Shown here piece after piece: positions 18,246 through 30,900 of a DNA stretch of 64,000 nt. Position 1 is the first letter of the stretch. Every line of letters begins with the position of its first letter. Source of the stretch: a virus (Duplodnaviria; Caudoviricetes); the IMG/VR virus record IMGVR_UViG_3300034093_003299, positions 22,900 through 86,899 of that record. One strand, given 5' to 3'. The translations under genes and the position numbers were made by a program. The notes below the pieces were generated by a model. That model saw nothing but the letters and a program-made list of their open reading frames with translations. It was not told the DNA's origin and searched no databases.

Positions 18246-21200
18246 TTATTTTCTATTTATAATTTTAATTACTGACGATTTAGAAAAGTCTTCAAAAGAT
18301 ATATCTGGCATATCCTTTATTTTACTTATAGTTATATTGACGTTAAGATCAGACTCGTCTACTATAGATGACGTTATTTGATTGTCTTTTGCGCCTTCTA
18401 CAGAAAATAAACTATCAACAAGAAATCCGCCTACTTGGATCTCTTTTTCTGGGAATAATGTATCTCTATCATTAGCAGCGCGCTCTTGACCTAAACTTCT
18501 TTTGATTTCTTTTATTTGATCTGGAGCTAAATCAGAATCTAAACCTATAACTAGTTGTTGACTGTCTGGCATTTGCTTTACAGTTTGCAACGCAGAGTAG
18601 TAAGAATAGGCAAATTCAAATAAAATTGTTTTTAGACCTGTTTTCTTTATTTCGCATTTTGTGAATGTGATTGTTTTATTCGTATCAGTGGCTATCGTTA
18701 ATGTTTGCGCGTTGTCTGCTTTGTCTACGACCCACCAATCGTCTGAATAATTTGAATTAAGCCAAAAAGCCGATTGCCCTTTCGGAATCCAAGATATAAT
18801 GCTTTGACTTAGCGTTCTGTACTGCTCCAGTATCGCGGCTTTAAAAAGATCAAGCCCACTAGCGCTTACGTTTTCTTCTTCTGTTATAGATGGGTCTACT
18901 CCCCCCTCTTCTCCTTTGTCGGTCGGCTTAAGTATAGGAAATGACTTGTCTATATCTTCGACTACCTTATATACAGTCACAAAGTTTGGATATTTTATTT
19001 CATAAACACTAACGTCTCCTCCCGTGAAAGTGCCACCATCCTTAGCAAAAATCTCACCATTATATTTTACAAAAGGAGTCTCTTCTGCATTAGTGAAAGC
19101 TGTATCGGTTGAAATATTTACATTATCAAAAAACCCTTTGTTTATGCTCACTTGATACTTCACGCCCTTTTGTATTCCTGGCAAAGTATATGTAGAAATC
19201 GAAGGATCAAAAAACAAAAATCTATAAATTGTTTCATGCCCTATGCCCACTTCATAACCGACAACGTCAGGGGCAGAATCAGTAGGAATATCTTTGCCAT
19301 TATAGTAGTTTCTCAAGGCTAAATTTATTTTGCTTGATGATCCATCTTTAGATAATAACTTAATGTAAGATTTTTGCTCTATTTCATTGTCGTCTACTAT
19401 AGGAATAAGATCTTCATTTCTGATTATGCCAAAAACTAATGCGATTTCTCTTTGAGTTGATATTACTGTATTTGGATTAAATACGCAATAAAATTCATCT
19501 CTAGATTTGGCTTTTTTAAGATATTTAAATTCTAAGTCGCCAGTCTGCCCCCGCTGGATAACAAGGACAGAGTTTCTATAAACTTTTCTCCTTCTACTCT
19601 CTTGGCCCAAAACAGTTATAAAAATATCTCTAGGACAATTGTTAATTAAGAAAATCTGCGGCCCATATGTTGCTGGAGGTGTTACGCTTAGATCATTATT
19701 ATTATCGTTTAATAAATAGTGCCCAGCAGAGCTAATACTATAAACGGGCTTAACAATATTCTTTATGTTTTGAGATTTAGACAAATCCATATCTGCCAAA
19801 GTGGGCATAGATATAATTCTAAAATTGTCAAACACATCATTATAAAAAAATTGTTCAGCGCTCCAATATGAATAAGAAATAGCCTCCTCGTCTTTAACAA
19901 CGCTAGTAATTAATATATTTTCTTCTTGGTTCTCTTTTTCTAAGTCACCTTTAAAATTTACATAATCAAGCAAGCCGTTAATGTATATTTTTAAGTCTGT
20001 TTTAATTATGTAGTTTATATTTGGCGAGTTTTTGGAAACATAATACTTTCCCTTTTCATATGTGCCTAAGAAATTAAGCGCAGAATCAGTTATTTCTGCA
20101 AAAACTTTTGGAGGTACATCAAGAGACTTCTGCGTTTCAGAATCAAAAAATATCTTTAAAAAGTATGGTGTGTTATTATAAATGTAGAATTTTTCAACCC
20201 CAAGCTTTGTAGCATTTAATAGCTTGACGTAGTAATTATCAAAATAACCACCAGCCTCATTCACCTGAGAAGAACCATAGACAAATAATTTGCTAGAAGA
20301 CGAATACTGCAAAAGATCCTGCAAGTCTAAAACCCCGTAGTCTCTATCTTTTATTTCTATTTCTGTAGCTGTGCCATTAGAAGGGTATTCGAACAATCTA
20401 GTTTCTGTAGTTGTTCCTACTATATATATTATTTTTATTTTAGATCCAGGCTTTAGTTTCGGAAACGCCTTATTCACTTCATCAGCAAGAATTTCTGGAG
20501 CTCTATTTGCCTCATATTGTAAAGTAGTTACAGAAAAAATTGAAGACCCATTCAAATCTAAACTAGTTCCAGTAAATAAATTGCTTGTTGTTGCGTCTCT
20601 GGTCACTCTGGTTAAAGCCCCATTCGATAATAGAGAATTAGTCGAGCCAATATAAATCCTATACTTGCATGGATTAAAAACATAAAAATCTCTGAAAGAC
20701 TTATCCTCAAAACTGTCTAGGTCTACATAAAATCTATTAAAATTAGGAAGATACAAAAACTCCTTGCCGCCAGTTATTTCTGTAGTTGATGTGTCAGATA
20801 TTCCTTTTAGATTTTTAGCTGTTGGGATAACCGGTTTGACAACCGGTAAATTAGACACGCCTTGCGCCCAATTTTCTCCGCTAACACTATATAAAGCTAA
20901 AGAATTAATATCTAGCAAATTCGTTGTAGCAGACAAATAGTAATTATAAATAGAATTTGGATCAGAAGAATCTGATTTTGTTAAATTTACAAACACGATT
21001 TTTTTGCCAACCATCAATGTAGATATTTTTACTAGATCTCCATCATTATTTTTTATTTCAGATTTTAAATTTGGAAGATAAAATTTAGACGCATAATTTA
21101 CTATCGGTATAAATATTACATTTGGTAAAGCAGCTATTTCATTTTCAGTAGTAAAAAATTTAGTTAAATCATTATGGTTTTTGTCAATTATATTTAAATC

Positions 21201-24200
21201 ATAAACGTTTTCATTTAATATTTCACTAGTGCCTGGAGCTATATAAAACTGCTCTCTATTTATAATCCAACCTCCATATTTGACAAATAAATAAAAATCA
21301 TTAACTATATATTTTTTATCAGCTAAAGTATTTAAATTTACAGGCTTTCTTCCGTAGCAATATATTGTAGGAGAACTAGAAACTGGCACAGATGAATATA
21401 TGTCAAATATTGTATAATCGGTAGGAGTGTCATTATTAGTTATTAAAACAGAAGCCTCGTCTCCACTTTCTCCCGTCAAATCTTTATCTATAGAATTTAT
21501 AACAAATTCGCTACTTTTAAAACTCCAAAAAGAAGCTAAAGGATGCTCGAATTCTAAATCAAGATATTGATTAGCTGAACGAATAGATGTCGGAGGGTTT
21601 ATAACCGAAAGATCATCAAAATCTACAGTATCAGTGGTTACAGTATATGGGGCCCCAGTGTAAATAAATAGTTTTTGATCATTTGGCAGCAGAGAATAAA
21701 CGTTCTGCCCGCTTAACGTCTTAACTTGGTATGGTCTTCCTGAATCATTTTTAATTACAAAATCAGTAGTGACAGTAGAGTCTGGCAAGATTATTGATTC
21801 TATATCTACTTCATTTGCTTTTATAATGTAATAAAATCTTGTTCCACCATTTACTCCAGTATTCGTTCTGGATGAGTTGGTTAAAGCAATAAAGAATTCT
21901 TTTTTATTGTAAACTGGAAAAATAAAATCACCTAAAGAGTTCTTGACTAGCCTATTCTTTACTAAAGTTTTTGTCGAAGAATTTACTGAAACTGTCACTG
22001 TATCGTAAGAAAAATTTATTAATATTTGATCTGTAGCTAACGCATTCGGGAACGATCTAGTTGTTGAACCAGCCTCGCTTTCTTTACTATATATTTTAGC
22101 GTCAGGCTCGTCTGTCTTTTTTACCTGTAGTCTTCCATTAACATAATCGTCTGGAGAATAATCAAAATCTACGGAATCTCTTTCTCTAATTCTAAATAAA
22201 TTGTTTCCGTCTACCGAGTCGAAAGATTGCACCACCAACGATTGGCTCGATGTCGGTAAGAATATTTTTCCTTTAAATTCAGTTTTTCTATTATAGAAAT
22301 CTTTAATTGTAAAAGTATCTATATTTTTATTTCTAATATAAAAACATTTGAAAGAATCTTCAGTCGTTGTGAAGTCCTGGGTGTCTATCGAAGATCCTCT
22401 GAAGCTTTTTTCTAAGAAACTTGTTCTCTCTACCGTTGGCAAAGAGTCGTTCCCATCTCTGAAGACCCTCAAAGATATCGAATTAGAAGCCAAATCTCCT
22501 ATTTCATTTATTTCTGATGTGCTTGGATCACTTTCAGTAGATATTATAGATCCCTTGTCTTTTATTTTTTGTTTATCTATTTTATTTGGAATAAATCTGT
22601 TCCTACAGATTAGGAATAGATCTTTAGAAGCCAGATCAGCAGCAGGCGGCAAAGAGATGCTAGTGCAGCAGAAATTTAAATCTAATATATTAATTGTTGA
22701 TGGTATTAGAGTCGAGTCTACATTAAAATAAAAATGACTTAAAGTATCGTTCAAGATCTCTAGCCTTACGTTATTTGTTGATCCCGATGTCTGAAGCGTT
22801 CCTCTCGCGATTTGATTTTGCGTCAGGGTATAAACAACATTCTCGCGCGTATGTCTATAAAAATAAACAGATGCACTATTTTTATTAACAAAATAAATGA
22901 AAGATTCTTTTTTTAGCCCAGAATCTAAAGATTTTAAATCAACGTACTGTATTAAATCTCCCTTTAGGAGAACCAATTGTTCTGTAGAATTTGATATCTG
23001 AAAAGTTGGCGACCCAGATGGATAAATTATTGAATAAGTAATTATAGACTTATTTGTTCTGTTGACAGTCAATTTAAAATCTTGATTTTGCTTAGATATC
23101 AATTGAGTAGAACCCCCATTAGTTATCTTAATATTTAATGATCTATTTATAGATTCATCTTTTAGGAAAAAGTATTCTTTAGTGGTCCCTAATATTGTAG
23201 AGAACTGAGAAAGGATTATCTCGTAGTCATCTTTTAATAATTTAATGCTGTCTTGATTGTTCTCATTTCCTCTTAAGTACACCTTAAGGTCATCAAAATA
23301 ATCTTTTTGATCTTTAGATGCAGTCGCAGTCGCTCCGATCCAATCAACATAATTAAAAGAATCGGCTTTCAAAGTAAGGCCGTTCATTACGAGATCCTCT
23401 TTCGAAAAATTATATATAGGTAAATCTGTAAAATCATCAGCAGTGGAAAATGTTCCAGTAGTATGATTAAGATTTACAAATCCATCTTTTGGATAATAAA
23501 TTTCTGAATCTTGAGCGATTATATTAGAGTAAGTTTTATTTGAAGTAATTGTTTTATTCGTGCCATCATCATTGAATGTAAGCTGTTCGCTTTCGTTAGC
23601 GGCTATAGATTCTACAGGGCCTGAAGATCCAAATGTGATATTTATAGAAGAATTTGAATCATTTACTATAGTTAAAGTTTTACTTGTAATATTCGTGCTA
23701 TTCAGAATAGTTAGATGAGAGGACAAGTATACGCAATCCTTATCTTCAGCGTCAATCAAGTCGAAAGAATAACTCGGCAAAGATGCCGCCGCAGCAGAAG
23801 TCACCGTGCCGTTAGACGATATCTTAGCGTAGTGATTAGAAGATATAGAAGAAGACCCAACGGAACAATTGGCATTCCCAGTATTTAAAACGTAACTTTC
23901 AAAAGAAGATGGGATATTAACAAGAGTAGCGTCTTTTTTGTCTGTTACAAAATAGTAATTATTGTAATTTTGATTAATTTCAAAATTAGATGTTTTAGAT
24001 TCTGGATTGTTGAAATTTAATAATTGGCTATATATTGGAGGAGACACGCTAACTGGAGTGTAGGAGGCCGTTTGTGAAAATTTTGTTATTTTATTTTCAG
24101 AAAAATCAGAGTTTCCTATTTCGAACCCATACTCATTTGTAAGAGTTTCTTGTGTTTTTGTGACTGATGGCTTTATACCAGACACTACTATGTCATAATA

Positions 24201-27200
24201 GTTTAGCCCATTAGCAGGAAAATTATAAACACCAAGATCTACGTTTTTTTGCTTTACATCTGGTATCGCATAAGAAAAACTATTCACCCCTGAAGGCTCA
24301 GACTTCAAAAATATAAGATTGCTGTCTCTATCTTTTTGATAAATGTTATAATAACTACACCCAGCCACCTCATTCCAATCTATTTTGATTGGTAAAAAGT
24401 TTGTTTTCTTTATTACATTAGCAGAATCAGAATAAACTATTAATTTTTCTCTCTTTAAAACTCTGAACTCATAATTTTTATCATCTAAGAAAAGAGGCAA
24501 GTTAGTTTTAAATGCCACCATAGCCAACGAGTTTGGGTTATCTAAATCTTCTGGGGTAAAATAATAAGGAGAGATAACAGAATATTGACTAGAAATGACG
24601 TCTTTAGAAAAAGCTCCTTCTTTTGACATTATTGCCCAGTCTGTTATCGAGTTCTTCTTTTTAAACTGCAAGTCGTATTCCCAGCCAGCGTTGAAGTTAG
24701 TGGAATATGGGGTAGACGCATCGCCTATCAGAACCAAATCTTTCGTATAAAAATTATATTTAATTTTTGTAATTGGAAGTCTTCTAGTACTCTCAAACAA
24801 GGCCGAGCCAGCAATTGCAGATGCAGGAGTATTTTGTTTTGTTATAGATCCATTGTCTGCCACTTCTAAAACATAATTAGATTCATAAACAGCTGCTGTT
24901 TGTTGGTTTTCTTCTTTTATGTAAATGTTATTTTCAAACAAACCATCGCTTAATGCCTTTATTGATTCTCCTAATACTGGTTTGCCTTCGTAATTTTTAG
25001 AAGTGAACGGTCCATTAGGGAAAAAGAATAATGTTGATAACGCGTCTTGAGTTTCCTCAGCGTCATCTTCGAAAAATCTTGGCTCAGAAAGATCTGAGCT
25101 TTTTCTATTTCCATAGATATTATTGTTTATTGGATTTTGGTTGAATATAGTCCACTGATGACTTTCTGAATTAACTGTTAATTTATAATCATATTTTTGT
25201 ATGTTGACCCTTACTTTTGATTCAGGTATTAAATTTGCATTAGAGTCCACTACGGAAGAATTGATTGCCGATAGTGTTTTTTTAGCATTATTTTCATTTA
25301 CTTCATAATTAAATACCGCATCAGTTAAGTCTTGTTTTATAAATTTTAAAACTACTAAATTTGAATAACCGGCAGACACATCAGCAGCTACAGCTTGCCC
25401 ACTTTGTACGTTGCTTCTTAGGAAAGATAAATCAGCAGAAGTGCTATTATATCCATACAAATGATAAGAGTAATTTTTAGTATTTTGATTAGTTATGTTA
25501 ATATTAGGAGGCGGACTTGACGCTGCGCTCCAAGCTCTGAAGCCTGGAGTGTCTGCGTAACTAAAAGTATTTCCAGTCACATACTCTGCTCTGAATAATG
25601 TGTTAGGTGCTGCATCATTATCAATGAATGAAATCGTTCCAACAGCCTCTCCCGTAGAATAAGATAAACCAGCACTTGAATTTTCTAAGAATTTTCTGAA
25701 AGAAATTTGTTCGCTATAGTCTTGCGCTGGGTAAAAATATGACTGCTTATCTTTTGCAAAACTATCCGCATCATTTGGCTCGTAAGTATGGACGCAATAA
25801 AGTTTTTCTATTTCTTCACTAGCCAAGTCTGCTCCTGACGGAATGTAGACGCCGCTTAATATAGCTTGATTTATTTTAGAAGATTCGTTTTTTCTATAAG
25901 ACTTGGTATATATTTCTCTTTCGACAAAAATTCTCGCGCCACTAGCGCCATTAGAATAAAAAGAATTGCTTACATTATTATTCGATGCCACGCCTATTTC
26001 ATTATTTACTCCTGAGATAGCTTGAGAGAACAAGGTCGGGTAATCTGATTCAGAAAAATTAGAATACACATTAAAAGACGCAACGTAGTTTTTTGTGTAA
26101 AAATAATTAATAGCTTTTAACCAAGATTCTTGATTTGTGTAATTATCTTTTGAAATTATTCCATTATTTGGTATTTCTGTGATAAGTCCATTTTGTATTT
26201 TTACACCATCTGCTGTTGATTTTTGATTGCTATAAATAGCAGAGTCTCCTTTGCAAAATCCGGTTGCGTCTACATAAAGACCATCGCAAGTAGTGTTAAC
26301 TACAGATCTGAAATATTTCTCTGATCCTTCAGGGCTCTCTTTGTCATTTCTAATGAAATAACCTAAAACCCCAAACTCATCTCCGCAAGCGGAGAAAGTT
26401 TTCACTAAACCATAATTACTTAATGGCGTTAGAACGTATTCTTCTCCTGAATTTATATAATTAGAATAAAAATCTTTTGTTACCGTTTTCTTGGGCAGGA
26501 AGAAATTTGGCAGGGCAGTCTTGTAATGCAAAATTTCGTTATTCTCTTGGGTCAATAATTTGCTATCTTCATCGTCTATTTCTGATCTAGCTTCCCATGC
26601 CGCTGATGGCTCCTCTTCCCCTTCTTCTTTCGGATCCTCCCATTGTCCATTTAGAGCCCTCAGTAAAGCATCGTTATTATCGTTAATCACTTTCGCTATT
26701 TTTTCGACATCTTCGCCTCCAGCGTCTGGGATTTTAATCTCTTGCGTGTATTTTTCTGATTCTTTAATCTGTTCTACATCAATTAAATCTTGTAAATTAT
26801 CATAACCAAATGGCAATCCATCTTCATTCACTCTTGGAAAAACATTCGTGACCTGAGCAGTTAATGGAATACTTACTGTCCCATCTCCTGTATTATAACT
26901 AGTCATTACATACCCTGAGACACTCGGCTTCTCTTTAGTGTAAAACCTTTCCAATGAAACATCTACTTTATATATATCATTAAAGTCCCCAGTAGATTGT
27001 AATGTAAATTTAAATAAATTATCGTTTTTGCTTATCTTAAAGCCTGTTAAAGTAAGATCATCAATAGCTCTTTGTTCTATTTTATCATTTTCGTAAATGT
27101 CTTTAAATCCACTTTTAGTGAATGACAATTCCGCTATATTTTCAAAAGAATAAACTATTTGCCCATCTACGACTCCTGAAACCTCGTCCCTATACTTAGA

Positions 27201-27944
27201 GTAATCTATTATAGCTTTTCCATCTGCTGTTAATTCTGCAAAATCATAAATCCCCAAAGGCTCGCTTGCTCTAGATACTCTATATTTTAGAGACGTTTGA
27301 TTTTCCAGCTGGAATGGGATTTCAAAAATAGAATGATCTTCTACTATTGAATTAGCGCTGTCATCATATAAAAATTTATATCTTAGAGTTACTTCGTTCT
27401 TGTAGCCAGTAGATCCCACATCAGAATATGTGTAAATTTCATCAGTATTTGCATAATTTACAGATATATTAGTTTTAACCCAATCTTCTCCAGATACAGT
27501 TAATATATTATTATTAGTGGCATTTGATTTAGTTAGCCCAGTGATTTCATATCTCCGATACAGATTTCCAGAATAATCCATATCTGGCATGATTATATTC
27601 GGGCTATAGCCAGAGACAAATCTGTCAGTTATCTCAAACTCTTTTATATAATCATAACCATCTAAACCCAATAAACCTTCTGTTAAGAAAAATCTAGCTT
27701 TGGCAGCCTTTCCATCAAAATTAAATGTTGAAAATTTCTTACCTGTTACCGGAGCCTTATAAGAAACAATGTCTTCTAATAATGGCGTTGGTATAGAATA
27801 ACCATTTTCACTATGATTAGGATTTTGAAAAATAGAAACCCATAGCCCATAAGTATATTTAGAAAAATCTGGAGTTACTACAGAAGGCCCGATATTGGCT
27901 AAAACTGTAGTAATAAAATTTTTGTTTTGAATTTCTGTACTCAT
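18246..27944 (-). CDS. Giant hypothetical virion protein (3232 aa), FN3-like and fibre-like segments
   Basis: Uninterrupted 9.7 kb ORF. KIDWNEVAGCSYYNIY (FN3-like) and several xLP...x.i.N segments (SISLPPAADL, SIILPDSTVTTDFVIKN, TYTLPGIQKG). Confidence 0.65.
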   Translation of the reverse strand: MSTEIQNKNFITTVLANIGPSVVTPDFSKYTYGLWVSIFQNPNHSENGYSIPTPLLEDIVSYKAPVTGKKFSTFNFDGKAAKARFFLTEGLLGLDGYDYIKEFEITDRFVSGYSPNIIMPDMDYSGNLYRRYEITGLTKSNATNNNILTVSGEDWVKTNISVNYANTDEIYTYSDVGSTGYKNEVTLRYKFLYDDSANSIVEDHSIFEIPFQLENQTSLKYRVSRASEPLGIYDFAELTADGKAIIDYSKYRDEVSGVVDGQIVYSFENIAELSFTKSGFKDIYENDKIEQRAIDDLTLTGFKISKNDNLFKFTLQSTGDFNDIYKVDVSLERFYTKEKPSVSGYVMTSYNTGDGTVSIPLTAQVTNVFPRVNEDGLPFGYDNLQDLIDVEQIKESEKYTQEIKIPDAGGEDVEKIAKVINDNNDALLRALNGQWEDPKEEGEEEPSAAWEARSEIDDEDSKLLTQENNEILHYKTALPNFFLPKKTVTKDFYSNYINSGEEYVLTPLSNYGLVKTFSACGDEFGVLGYFIRNDKESPEGSEKYFRSVVNTTCDGLYVDATGFCKGDSAIYSNQKSTADGVKIQNGLITEIPNNGIISKDNYTNQESWLKAINYFYTKNYVASFNVYSNFSESDYPTLFSQAISGVNNEIGVASNNNVSNSFYSNGASGARIFVEREIYTKSYRKNESSKINQAILSGVYIPSGADLASEEIEKLYCVHTYEPNDADSFAKDKQSYFYPAQDYSEQISFRKFLENSSAGLSYSTGEAVGTISFIDNDAAPNTLFRAEYVTGNTFSYADTPGFRAWSAASSPPPNINITNQNTKNYSYHLYGYNSTSADLSFLRSNVQSGQAVAADVSAGYSNLVVLKFIKQDLTDAVFNYEVNENNAKKTLSAINSSVVDSNANLIPESKVRVNIQKYDYKLTVNSESHQWTIFNQNPINNNIYGNRKSSDLSEPRFFEDDAEETQDALSTLFFFPNGPFTSKNYEGKPVLGESIKALSDGLFENNIYIKEENQQTAAVYESNYVLEVADNGSITKQNTPASAIAGSALFESTRRLPITKIKYNFYTKDLVLIGDASTPYSTNFNAGWEYDLQFKKKNSITDWAIMSKEGAFSKDVISSQYSVISPYYFTPEDLDNPNSLAMVAFKTNLPLFLDDKNYEFRVLKREKLIVYSDSANVIKKTNFLPIKIDWNEVAGCSYYNIYQKDRDSNLIFLKSEPSGVNSFSYAIPDVKQKNVDLGVYNFPANGLNYYDIVVSGIKPSVTKTQETLTNEYGFEIGNSDFSENKITKFSQTASYTPVSVSPPIYSQLLNFNNPESKTSNFEINQNYNNYYFVTDKKDATLVNIPSSFESYVLNTGNANCSVGSSSISSNHYAKISSNGTVTSAAAASLPSYSFDLIDAEDKDCVYLSSHLTILNSTNITSKTLTIVNDSNSSINITFGSSGPVESIAANESEQLTFNDDGTNKTITSNKTYSNIIAQDSEIYYPKDGFVNLNHTTGTFSTADDFTDLPIYNFSKEDLVMNGLTLKADSFNYVDWIGATATASKDQKDYFDDLKVYLRGNENNQDSIKLLKDDYEIILSQFSTILGTTKEYFFLKDESINRSLNIKITNGGSTQLISKQNQDFKLTVNRTNKSIITYSIIYPSGSPTFQISNSTEQLVLLKGDLIQYVDLKSLDSGLKKESFIYFVNKNSASVYFYRHTRENVVYTLTQNQIARGTLQTSGSTNNVRLEILNDTLSHFYFNVDSTLIPSTINILDLNFCCTSISLPPAADLASKDLFLICRNRFIPNKIDKQKIKDKGSIISTESDPSTSEINEIGDLASNSISLRVFRDGNDSLPTVERTSFLEKSFRGSSIDTQDFTTTEDSFKCFYIRNKNIDTFTIKDFYNRKTEFKGKIFLPTSSQSLVVQSFDSVDGNNLFRIRERDSVDFDYSPDDYVNGRLQVKKTDEPDAKIYSKESEAGSTTRSFPNALATDQILINFSYDTVTVSVNSSTKTLVKNRLVKNSLGDFIFPVYNKKEFFIALTNSSRTNTGVNGGTRFYYIIKANEVDIESIILPDSTVTTDFVIKNDSGRPYQVKTLSGQNVYSLLPNDQKLFIYTGAPYTVTTDTVDFDDLSVINPPTSIRSANQYLDLEFEHPLASFWSFKSSEFVINSIDKDLTGESGDEASVLITNNDTPTDYTIFDIYSSVPVSSSPTIYCYGRKPVNLNTLADKKYIVNDFYLFVKYGGWIINREQFYIAPGTSEILNENVYDLNIIDKNHNDLTKFFTTENEIAALPNVIFIPIVNYASKFYLPNLKSEIKNNDGDLVKISTLMVGKKIVFVNLTKSDSSDPNSIYNYYLSATTNLLDINSLALYSVSGENWAQGVSNLPVVKPVIPTAKNLKGISDTSTTEITGGKEFLYLPNFNRFYVDLDSFEDKSFRDFYVFNPCKYRIYIGSTNSLLSNGALTRVTRDATTSNLFTGTSLDLNGSSIFSVTTLQYEANRAPEILADEVNKAFPKLKPGSKIKIIYIVGTTTETRLFEYPSNGTATEIEIKDRDYGVLDLQDLLQYSSSSKLFVYGSSQVNEAGGYFDNYYVKLLNATKLGVEKFYIYNNTPYFLKIFFDSETQKSLDVPPKVFAEITDSALNFLGTYEKGKYYVSKNSPNINYIIKTDLKIYINGLLDYVNFKGDLEKENQEENILITSVVKDEEAISYSYWSAEQFFYNDVFDNFRIISMPTLADMDLSKSQNIKNIVKPVYSISSAGHYLLNDNNNDLSVTPPATYGPQIFLINNCPRDIFITVLGQESRRRKVYRNSVLVIQRGQTGDLEFKYLKKAKSRDEFYCVFNPNTVISTQREIALVFGIIRNEDLIPIVDDNEIEQKSYIKLLSKDGSSSKINLALRNYYNGKDIPTDSAPDVVGYEVGIGHETIYRFLFFDPSISTYTLPGIQKGVKYQVSINKGFFDNVNISTDTAFTNAEETPFVKYNGEIFAKDGGTFTGGDVSVYEIKYPNFVTVYKVVEDIDKSFPILKPTDKGEEGGVDPSITEEENVSASGLDLFKAAILEQYRTLSQSIISWIPKGQSAFWLNSNYSDDWWVVDKADNAQTLTIATDTNKTITFTKCEIKKTGLKTILFEFAYSYYSALQTVKQMPDSQQLVIGLDSDLAPDQIKEIKRSLGQERAANDRDTLFPEKEIQVGGFLVDSLFSVEGAKDNQITSSIVDESDLNVNITISKIKDMPDISFEDFSKSSVIKIINRK

Positions 27945-27945
27945 A

Positions 27946-30900
27946 TTATTGTCTTCCTACCATATTAGGACTTATGGGGACAGACTGATCGCTTCCATTA
28001 TCATAAGAGTTTCTCATCAGGTCTTCAAACAAATAGTCTCCTATGGCCGAATCATAGCCCCCAGCAGAACTAATACCGTCAAGTCCCGCTTGTATTATAG
28101 CTTGCACTTGTCCTGGGTGCATTTCTGATCCTCTATTTATAAAACCATTGCACATAGCTCGTAAATAATATTCCATTTGAATATAGTGATCAGAATACAT
28201 TACAGTGTTTTTGGATACTTTAGGTATAAGTTTTACAAAATAAAATCTAGGATAGCAGCACCCGAATGGCTTTTGATTTTGCCAAAAGCCTCCATTATCC
28301 ATAGAAACATCTCCAGCAATTCCTCTAGGGCATTGTATTCCAGCCATAGTGTGGCAAAGATAATTTATTAAAGCATTTTCATCGGTTCTATAAAGCTCTA
28401 CATTAGATTTTGAGTATTTTATAAAATCTTGTAATTTATTACTTAACCTTCCCTGCGGAACATCAGAAGCGCTTCCCAGTGCGATTGATGGATCTACATT
28501 TTTTCCTGTATTTTGCAAACGGTTATCTATTATTACTTTAATAACATCTGAGGCGGGATCATAAGGATTTAATCTAACTATTGATTTAATCTTGTAAGGC
28601 GGTCTGTAAATTGGACAACTAGCTGCGAAATTACTTGGATAATCTAAATTGCCTCTCCAATCTCCATATTGAGGTTTAGTATTTGCTCCTTCTATATAAT
28701 TGTAAGCGGACGGTGCTTCAACTATAAGTGGCAAATCGTTTGGGTTGGTAGAAACATTTGCCAAAGCTCGCTTAACATTTTTAGACGTTCCACTCATTGG
28801 CTCAAGAGATCCGCTTGCGGTTAAGCATCGAGCATTTAAAGCCCCCATAATGTCTCCGTACATCGAAGGCTTCCAGTAAGAGCTATTTGACCAATGATAT
28901 AAATTATAAGTCATAAACATTGTCCATTCATTGCTTATGTTTCCAGAAGGCTTTTGTTTTATTCCATCAATTAATATTTCTTCCTTGTCTACTCCTTGAA
29001 TTAAATTTGATGCAGTTATCCCGTCTAAATCATAAACCCCAATCGTTCCTGAACTATAAGCAGACACAAAATAATAATCTCCACCTTGGAACGTCGATGC
29101 GTGTTTTAGTATTTTTATTTTATTATTAAAAACATAAGACAAGGTAGAAGACGCTCTAACCTTGGAGTCTAGTTCTATAACTATATACCATTTATTTTTT
29201 ATAATAGGAACAAAAGTTTCTGCTTTAGAGCCTCTTATTGATCTATTCCCTACTTCAGTTATAGACGGCCCCATATGCCTAAATATGTCTACTCCAGTAT
29301 TTTTCATGCCCATTGCATATCTATTAAAATAAAGCACAGAATCTCCATTAGCGTCTATTTCATAATCAAGAAGAGCTGTTCTGTCTGCCATTCTTACGTT
29401 ACTTGAAATAGATTTTCTAGCAGATTCGTATACCGGATTTGCGCTTACGTAAGCATCATTTTGGTATAGAGTTTTTTTTCTAAAATTATATACAACCGCA
29501 TATCTACTATAATTTGTGAAGACTGTTTTAGATGTGTCTACGTTAAAATGCCCAACTGGGTCCATTTGCCCAGCGTCTGATCCAGCTCCTTCTGTTGTCG
29601 CCACTCTCATCATTACATAAGCATCAGCCGCGCTTGGTTTCATTTCCAAAACATGAGCGAATTGAATAAATATAGAAAAAGAATTTTGAGTTGTAGTTAT
29701 CCTTTTCCCAAGCTGAAGCCTTCCAAAATTATTGTAAGCAGGGTTTTGAATTCCTTCAGATCCCCTCACTTTGAAAGAAACGTTTCCTTTCACTGGATAA
29801 ACAAAGTAATGTATTTTATTAAATTGATAAATTCTATATTGTTCGCCCAAGTTGACAGAAACATTGTTCACATTTCCAGTTCTATTACTTATTAAATATT
29901 TATCATTTCCATTGATGGGAATTGATTCGTATATTTGTCCATTGACATAAACATCTATAAATAATCCAGAAAGCAAAATCCCATCTGAATCAGTGTAATT
30001 AGATGCTATATCTGATGTTTGAATAAATATAGCTGACAAGCAAAACCGGTTATTCGACCCAGTCGGGTTAGTATTAAACGATCTTAACTCTTTGCCATTG
30101 TCTTGTCCTTTGAACAAGAACGCATCGCTTGCATTTGTTTGTACAGAATATAGCCCTGATCGAGTATCTAAATAAGCATTATCATATTTTGCGGTCCAAA
30201 TAAAACTGCCCGGGCCTTCTGGGAAAAGCTCTGGATAACCAAAAGAATCGTATTTTATTTTTTTATTTCCTAAGTTATCTATTTTTACTTTGCCATTAGA
30301 ATCTAATTCATATTTCGGTCTAGAGTAGTTAGGGGCAAGAAGAAATTGTTTAGAAAAGAATTTTTCAAAATCAAATCCATAAGTAGCTACGTTTTTTCCT
30401 TTTATGGAATGCTTTGCTCTTTGGTCTTCTGTTCCTCTAAAAAAACTTAAATAATAAAAAATTGCCTGCTCGATTTGATCTTTTGAAGCGTTCTTTTTTC
30501 TGAATACGCCCCCTTTTCCCTCTGGATCTGGCACGTAACTTGGAGCATATCTTCCAGCAGATATTGCTTCTGTAACATATCTTAAATGTCTTCTTGCCGC
30601 TGAGCAAATACCTAGAGAAGCTAGTTCTAAAGTTTTAGTGCCCTGCGCCCCTCCTCTATCTAAATATCTATAGCTAGATTCAAAAGCTAAGCATCCTCTT
30701 TGTATTTCTGAATCACTCCAAACCATATTAAGATTAGGGTCTCCATTAATTTTAGCCGGCATGTTAGTTGGAGGAGCCAGCTCCAAGCCAGATAACCGTA
30801 TTGGTTCTGACCAATAGCCATGGACGCCATCTTTGGTATCGTCTTTAGTGCCGTTCGCCTGTGTTATCCTAGTCGCTCTGCCGAATATCCAAGCCATGAA

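Noticed and set aside
18254-18261. T4-type late promoter TATAAATA
   Set aside because: A single gene-proximal instance inside the coding end (KIINRK) of an AT-rich gene. It does not recur before other late genes.
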